DNA of 64,000 nucleotides from Phycisphaerae bacterium (lineage in GTDB: Bacteria; Planctomycetota; Phycisphaerae; UBA1845). The DNA lies in assembly GCA_020056715.1 (NCBI GenBank), contig JAGVHG010000040.1:11920-75919 (forward strand). Reading direction: 5' to 3'. Below, piece by piece: positions 59,391-64,000 of this stretch. Below the pieces are notes generated by a model. It worked only from the letters and a program-made list of their open reading frames with translations, was not told the origin of the DNA and searched no databases. How positions within the stretch are numbered: position 1 is the stretch's first letter; each line of letters opens with the position of its first letter. The position numbers and the translations under genes are program-made.

Positions 59391-61157
59391 ATGCCGAATC
59401 TAACCATCGAAACCGCAGTCCGACTCGGCGACCAGCTCATCCGCGACGGCGTGGTCACGGCTGAGCAACTCGCGGACGCCTTGGCGCGTCAGTCCGCCGC
59501 AGGCGGAGCGGTGCGTATCGGCAAGGCGCTCATGGACGTCGGCGCCATCTCCTCCGCCGCCCTCGTTGGGGCGCTCGCCCGACGGCTTAACGTGAAGGGA
59601 ACTACGCTCCGTCACGGTCTCATCGACCCCAAAGTCGCTAAGTCCATCCCCAAGGAGGAGGCCGAACGGCTGCGCGTGCTGCCCCTGTTCCGGGTGCGCG
59701 ACGAACTCACCGTGGCCATGGTCGATCCGCAATCTCTGCCCGTCCAAGATCGGCTTCGGTCGCTCACCGGCTGCGCGATTCGCTCAGTTCTCGTTCTCGA
59801 GGAAAACCTCGCCGAGTACCAGCAGAAATACCTCGCCGCCGAGGTCACCGTCGATTCCTTCCTCGCCTCGATGGAAGAGTCCGACATTCAGATCACCGAG
59901 TCGGAAGCGATCGACGAAGGCCCGATCACCGACCTCGACAAGATGGTCGAGGGCAGCCCGATCGTAAACCTCATCAACCTCGCCATACTCACCGCCCTCC
60001 GTGCCGGGGCCTCCGACGTGCACATCGAGCCGGACCGCGACGGAACGCACATCCGCTATCGCATCGACGGCGAGTTGCGCGAGATGCTCAAGCCCCCGCG
60101 GGGGATGCACGCCGCGATCGTCTCCCGCGTCAAGGTCATCGGGCGGATGGACATCGCCGAAAAGCGGCTCCCTCAGGAGGGTCGCGTGCATCTCGTCGCT
60201 GACCGTCGCGAGATTGACCTGCGTGTCTCCTCCATGCCCACCGTGCTCGGCGAAAAGATCGTGCTCCGCATTCTCGACAAGGCCAATCTCTCCTTCGAGC
60301 TGGAAACCCTCGGAGTTCGAGGACAGGACCGTTGGGCGATCGAGGCCATGATCCACAGCCCCTACGGCCTGATGCTCGTCACCGGGCCTACCGGCTCCGG
60401 AAAGACCACGACACTATATTCCGCTTTGGATCTCCTCCGCGACGAGTCCACCAACATCGTCACCATCGAGGATCCGGTGGAGTATCAACTGCCGCTCGTC
60501 AACCAGATTCAGGTCAACGAACGAGTGGGGCTGACCTTCGTCCGCGCCCTGCGGTCCATCCTCCGACAAGACCCCGATGTCATCATGGTCGGAGAAATTC
60601 GCGATCAGGACACCGCCCGCGTGGCGATTCAGAGCGCCCTCACCGGCCACTTGGTCCTCTCCACCCTGCACACCAATGACTGCCCCGGCGGCATCATGCG
60701 CCTGGTGGACATGGGCATCGAGCCGTTTCTCCTCACCGCTTCCATCCTCGGCTTCGTCGCCCAGCGGCTCGCCCGCACGATCTGTGCATCTTGCAAAACC
60801 TCCTACTATCCGCCACCCAATTTGCTCAAGCAGGTCGGCTGGGAGAATCGCACCAGCGAACTCTTCCAAAAGGGCGAAGGCTGCCGGGAGTGCAACAACA
60901 CCGGGTTCCGCGGGCGCATCGGCATTTACGAGGTGATGCTGCTGGACGCGGAACTCAAGCAGATGATTCAGAAGAACCCGTCGGAAACCGACATCCGCGT
61001 CTACCTCGCCCAGACCGGATGGCGGACGTTGCGGGAAAAGGCCCTCGACCTGGTCGAGCGCGGTGAATCCACGCTCGAGGAAGTGCTGCGGGTGACGCGC
61101 TCCGAGGCGCTCGACGTCAGTGATCCGTCGGGCGCCGGAAGAGTGGGTGAATCATGA
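59391..61157 (+). CDS. GspE/PilB/MshE-family secretion ATPase with an N-terminal MshEN-type domain
   Basis: Walker A GPTGSGKTTT, Walker B VIMVGEIRD, His box TGHLVLSTLHTN, and the tetra-Cys cluster CASCK...CRECNNTG. The N-terminus is RLGDQLIRDGVVTAEQLADALARQ, then RIGKALMDVGAISSAALVGALARR. Confidence 0.9.
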   Translation: MPNLTIETAVRLGDQLIRDGVVTAEQLADALARQSAAGGAVRIGKALMDVGAISSAALVGALARRLNVKGTTLRHGLIDPKVAKSIPKEEAERLRVLPLFRVRDELTVAMVDPQSLPVQDRLRSLTGCAIRSVLVLEENLAEYQQKYLAAEVTVDSFLASMEESDIQITESEAIDEGPITDLDKMVEGSPIVNLINLAILTALRAGASDVHIEPDRDGTHIRYRIDGELREMLKPPRGMHAAIVSRVKVIGRMDIAEKRLPQEGRVHLVADRREIDLRVSSMPTVLGEKIVLRILDKANLSFELETLGVRGQDRWAIEAMIHSPYGLMLVTGPTGSGKTTTLYSALDLLRDESTNIVTIEDPVEYQLPLVNQIQVNERVGLTFVRALRSILRQDPDVIMVGEIRDQDTARVAIQSALTGHLVLSTLHTNDCPGGIMRLVDMGIEPFLLTASILGFVAQRLARTICASCKTSYYPPPNLLKQVGWENRTSELFQKGEGCRECNNTGFRGRIGIYEVMLLDAELKQMIQKNPSETDIRVYLAQTGWRTLREKALDLVERGESTLEEVLRVTRSEALDVSDPSGAGRVGES

Positions 61158-62365
61158 TTTTGACCTACGACGCCATCGACGCCGGCGGTCGCTCGACGAC
61201 GGATTCGATCGAGGCCCAGAATACTAAGGAAGCCGTCGAACAGCTCCGCCGCCGCGGCCTGTACGTCAAGAAAATAGCCGAGCCGCGGGTTTCAGCCCGC
61301 GTAGCGAAACCGAATCTTCCTGCGTCGCTGCGTCTGCCGCTCAAACTGCTGGTTCAAATCACGCGTCAGATGGCGATGTTGCTCCGCGCCGGCAGCGAGC
61401 TGGTTCCGGCCATTTCCGCCATCCAGCGGCAGATGACGAAGCCCAACCACGCGGCCTTGCTCGGGAAGCTCGTCAACGACCTCGAAGACGGAATGACCCT
61501 CACGGACACGCTGCGGAAGCACCCCCGTACCTTCGACGCGATCTACTGCGCCATCGTCGCCGCGGGCGAAGCCAGCGGAACCCTCACCGAGATGTTAGAG
61601 CGGCTTTCGGTCATCGTGGGGAAGCGCCGGGCCCTGCGCAAGAAAATCCTCGGCGCCCTTGCCTATCCGGCGCTGCTGATCGCGATGTGTTTTCATATCA
61701 TGCTTGTGGTGTTGTTCTTTGTGCTCCCGCGGTTCAACGCCATGTTCGTTCAGCTTAACGTGGAAACTCCCGCCACCACGAAAGCGCTGTTGTCCGTGTC
61801 CGTGGTCCTGCGCGGCTATTGGCCGGTGCTGCTCTTCGTCACCGCCGCACTCGCCGGAGCGGCGGCCTGGGCGTCTACCAGCCGGGCTGGACGACAATGG
61901 CTCAGCAACGTGCAGCTTTTCATCCCCGTCGTGGGACGACTGCGATCACGCCTCATCCAAGGCCAGATTTTTCGGACCATGGGAATGCTCCTGGAGAGCC
62001 GCGTCGACGTGCTCGATACATTAGATTTAGTCCGCGAGTCTACCCTCAACGGTCGCTTTCAGAAACTGTTCAACGACCTCCAGGAGGCCGTGACTTCCGG
62101 CGGGAGGCTCAGCACCGCGTTCGAGGCGTCCACCATCGTCGAGCCTTATATTTGTCAGGCCATCTACACCGGCGAGGACAGCGGCAGTCTCGGCGCCTCC
62201 ATGTCCTTCTGCGCCGATATGCTCGACGAGTCCAATGAAGAGTTCATCAGTATGGTCACGAAACTGATCGAGCCGTTGATTCTCATCATTATGGGCTTCG
62301 TGGTCGGCGGAGTGGCGATTTCACTGTTCGTGCCGTTGTTCGATATGACCTCCGCGATCAAGTAG
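61154..62365 (+). CDS. pilC: type II secretion / type IV pilus platform protein (GspF/PilC family)
   Basis: 403 aa with two T2SSF repeats and three TM segments. ATGA overlap with the ATPase gene. Confidence 0.88.
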   Translation: MILTYDAIDAGGRSTTDSIEAQNTKEAVEQLRRRGLYVKKIAEPRVSARVAKPNLPASLRLPLKLLVQITRQMAMLLRAGSELVPAISAIQRQMTKPNHAALLGKLVNDLEDGMTLTDTLRKHPRTFDAIYCAIVAAGEASGTLTEMLERLSVIVGKRRALRKKILGALAYPALLIAMCFHIMLVVLFFVLPRFNAMFVQLNVETPATTKALLSVSVVLRGYWPVLLFVTAALAGAAAWASTSRAGRQWLSNVQLFIPVVGRLRSRLIQGQIFRTMGMLLESRVDVLDTLDLVRESTLNGRFQKLFNDLQEAVTSGGRLSTAFEASTIVEPYICQAIYTGEDSGSLGASMSFCADMLDESNEEFISMVTKLIEPLILIIMGFVVGGVAISLFVPLFDMTSAIK

Positions 62366-62378
62366 CGAGACTCTGGGT

Positions 62379-63659
62379 ATGATGGTCGCACTGAAAGCTT
62401 TGCAACGCACCAGCTGGCGCGGCAGTCGAAGCCGGATCGGTCTGGACATAGGCGCAGCTGGTATCCGCGCCGTCCAGTTGAACCGCCAAGCACAGCCGCG
62501 CGGCCCAAGTAGCCCCCGCAGCCTGGACGGTTACGTGGTGACGAACGCCGCCTGTGGCGACCGGAGCCCGTCCGAACCCGGAGCGCAAACGACGGGCCAG
62601 GACCACGCACTAGCGCTTGGGGTTCGGATTCCACCGTTGCTGCCCCGTCAGGTCGAGGATTGTCTGCGCCGAGCAAACGTCCGCGGGAAAGCCGTCGCCG
62701 CCGCCCTGGCGACTCCCGACGTGGAGTTTCATACCCTTGAGTTGCCCGCCGCCGTTTTTCAGGCCGACGAGGTCGAGGCCGCTCAGATCGTGCGATTCGA
62801 AGTGGAACGCCTCATGTCCAACTCGCACGCTCCCGTCGAGACCCGGCATTGGCGACTGCCGCAGACGAACGTGACGGCCCCGAACGCCATCGGCGCGGGC
62901 GCCGCACATGAAATCATCAACGCAACGATCAAAGTCTGTGCCGAGGCGGGGTTGACCTGCACCGATCTGGATACAACCGCCACGGCGCTCAGTCGGTTCG
63001 GCGCTGTGTTGCAGAGCCGACCCAAAGACCAGATATGGGGAGTTCTGGACGTTGGCGATCGTCAAGCCCGCTTGGTGCTTTGCCTCGACGATACGCCGAT
63101 TTTGGTGCGGACGGCGGGCGCCGGTGGACGTGCCTGGACCCAACGCATCGCCGACGCCCTGCAAGTGAGCTTCAAGGCCGCGGAAATCCACAAACGCGAC
63201 CACGGGATCGCCCTGACCGGTCGTGCACTGGTGCGAGAATCTGCACTGGTGCGAGAATCCATTCTCGCACCAGGGGCCCCCCGCCTCCCCCATTATCAAG
63301 GGGGGAAAGAGGGGGTTCGAAGCGAATTGGCCTCGTTGATTCTGGGTGCCGTACGCGCGGACCTCAACGATCTGGCCTCCGAGGTCAAGCGATCGTACGA
63401 GTATGTCCTGAGTTGTTACCCGGGGAGACAGGCCGCTGACTTGGTACTTTGCGGCGGCGGTTCGCTCCTGCACTATTTTCCCGAGTTCCTGGGCAATGCC
63501 TTGGGCATACCCGTGCGTCGAGCGTCGAGCTATCTCCAGAGCGAATCGTGTCGACTTCGCTTCGCCGCCGAGAGGGTCGGACGACGCGACCAAGGCGGGA
63601 GCGTCCACGCTCCCCTCGAAGTCCTCGCCGTGGCCGTGGGACTCGCCATATCAGAGTAG
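62379..63659 (+). CDS. pilM: PilM-like actin-fold pilus assembly protein carrying three in-frame repeat-element insertions
   Basis: N-terminus IGLDIGAAGIRAVQL, then ...VLDVGDRQARLVL..., then C-terminal LVLCGGGSLLHYFPEFL. It is 426 aa; removing the element-derived segments leaves roughly the usual PilM length. Confidence 0.75.
   Translation: MMVALKALQRTSWRGSRSRIGLDIGAAGIRAVQLNRQAQPRGPSSPRSLDGYVVTNAACGDRSPSEPGAQTTGQDHALALGVRIPPLLPRQVEDCLRRANVRGKAVAAALATPDVEFHTLELPAAVFQADEVEAAQIVRFEVERLMSNSHAPVETRHWRLPQTNVTAPNAIGAGAAHEIINATIKVCAEAGLTCTDLDTTATALSRFGAVLQSRPKDQIWGVLDVGDRQARLVLCLDDTPILVRTAGAGGRAWTQRIADALQVSFKAAEIHKRDHGIALTGRALVRESALVRESILAPGAPRLPHYQGGKEGVRSELASLILGAVRADLNDLASEVKRSYEYVLSCYPGRQAADLVLCGGGSLLHYFPEFLGNALGIPVRRASSYLQSESCRLRFAAERVGRRDQGGSVHAPLEVLAVAVGLAISE
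62570..62629 (+). repeat. family F 60-bp palindromic element inside pilM
   Basis: gtccgaaccc...gggttcggat. 53 of 60 positions identical to 57782-57841. It is read in a different frame from that copy (SEPGAQTTGQDHALALGVRI). Confidence 0.85.
63225..63316 (+). repeat. family D element (2 x 18-nt tandem plus hairpin) followed by a C-rich/G-rich hairpin, inside pilM
   Basis: gcactggtgcgagaatct / gcactggtgcgagaatcc / attctcgcaccag. Then ccccccgcctccccc-attatcaa-ggggggaaagaggggg. Read as ALVRESALVRESILAPGAPRLPHYQGGKEG. Confidence 0.8.
63580..63606 (+). repeat. family E 27-mer inside the pilM 3' end
   Basis: Identical to 57454-57480. Confidence 0.8.
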
Positions 63660-63666
63660 GGAACGT

Positions 63667-64000
63667 ATGGTCACTGTGAACCTCATTCCGGAAAGCGTCC
63701 AGGCGGCGCAAGCCCGACGCCGGCATATCAAGTGGTGGGCGGCATGCCTTGCCGTCACCACCGTAGTCGCGGTCGTGCCCGTAGGCGCCCACTTGATGCA
63801 ACACTTACGCATTGATGAGTTGCACGCCCAAAATTACAAATTCCAGACCGACCTCGCCGCCGCGCGGGTCGAACTGAAGACCGCAACCGCGGCAGCGAAC
63901 GATTCCTTCCTGCGTATCGAACGGGCCAAGGCTTTACGCACCAAACGGGCCTGGTCGGACATGTTGGCGCTGATCGGCTCCTGCCTTCCGAAGGACTGCT
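63667..64000 (+). CDS. pilN: PilN-like pilus assembly protein, N-terminal part (runs off the right edge)
   Basis: MVTVNLIPESVQAAQARRRHIKWWAACLAVTTVVAVV... The NLIP motif, one TM helix and then a coiled-coil-like segment are typical of PilN, and it sits directly after pilM. Confidence 0.7.
   Translation, partial: MVTVNLIPESVQAAQARRRHIKWWAACLAVTTVVAVVPVGAHLMQHLRIDELHAQNYKFQTDLAAARVELKTATAAANDSFLRIERAKALRTKRAWSDMLALIGSCLPKDC

Noticed and set aside
62610-63608. 332-aa minus-strand ORF
   Set aside because: It is antisense to pilM. It is kept open partly because the palindromic repeat elements read without stops in both directions.

Overview
This is a GC-rich bacterial chromosomal segment, densely coded on both strands, with about 50 protein genes and one tRNA. 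The gene content looks like a Planctomycetota/PVC-type genome, but I cannot confirm that without a database search. The relevant genes are an FG-GAP/ASPIC lipoprotein, an NHL-multihaem cytochrome, IPTL-CTERM and dockerin-like Cys-rich secreted proteins, a Ser/Thr kinase with TPR repeats, a sigma-54 activator and a HEAT lipoprotein.

Housekeeping blocks:
- lnt / HEAT lipoprotein / mreD / mrdA / rodA
- ribD
- dksA-like / lspA
- dprA
- acetoacetyl-CoA synthetase / hppD / hmgA (tyrosine catabolism)
- tadA
- hemL / hemC
- ECF sigma factor with a small membrane protein
- lpxL-like acyltransferase
- TPR protein / rpsT / tlyA-like
- def / fmt
- tRNA-Arg(CCU)

Accessory content:
- three large Cys-rich secreted proteins
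- a 15-haem NHL cytochrome with a sigma-54-type promoter
- two type II toxin-antitoxin pairs (hepT/mntA and higBA)

The right end of the window (53.4-64 kb) is one co-directional cluster. It runs histidine kinase, receiver, HD-GYP, degenerate GGDEF, STAS, then an MshE-like ATPase with a c-di-GMP-binding MshEN motif, then pilC, pilM and pilN.

The most unusual signal is not a gene. The window is colonised by several families of short GC-rich palindromic elements, and many sit in frame inside coding sequences. The most striking family has ten same-orientation hairpin modules, eight of them exactly 30 nt. They share constant flanks and a constant hexaloop, but their self-complementary 9-nt stems are unrelated between copies.

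Many long ORFs in the six-frame track are antisense artefacts of the GC-rich composition.
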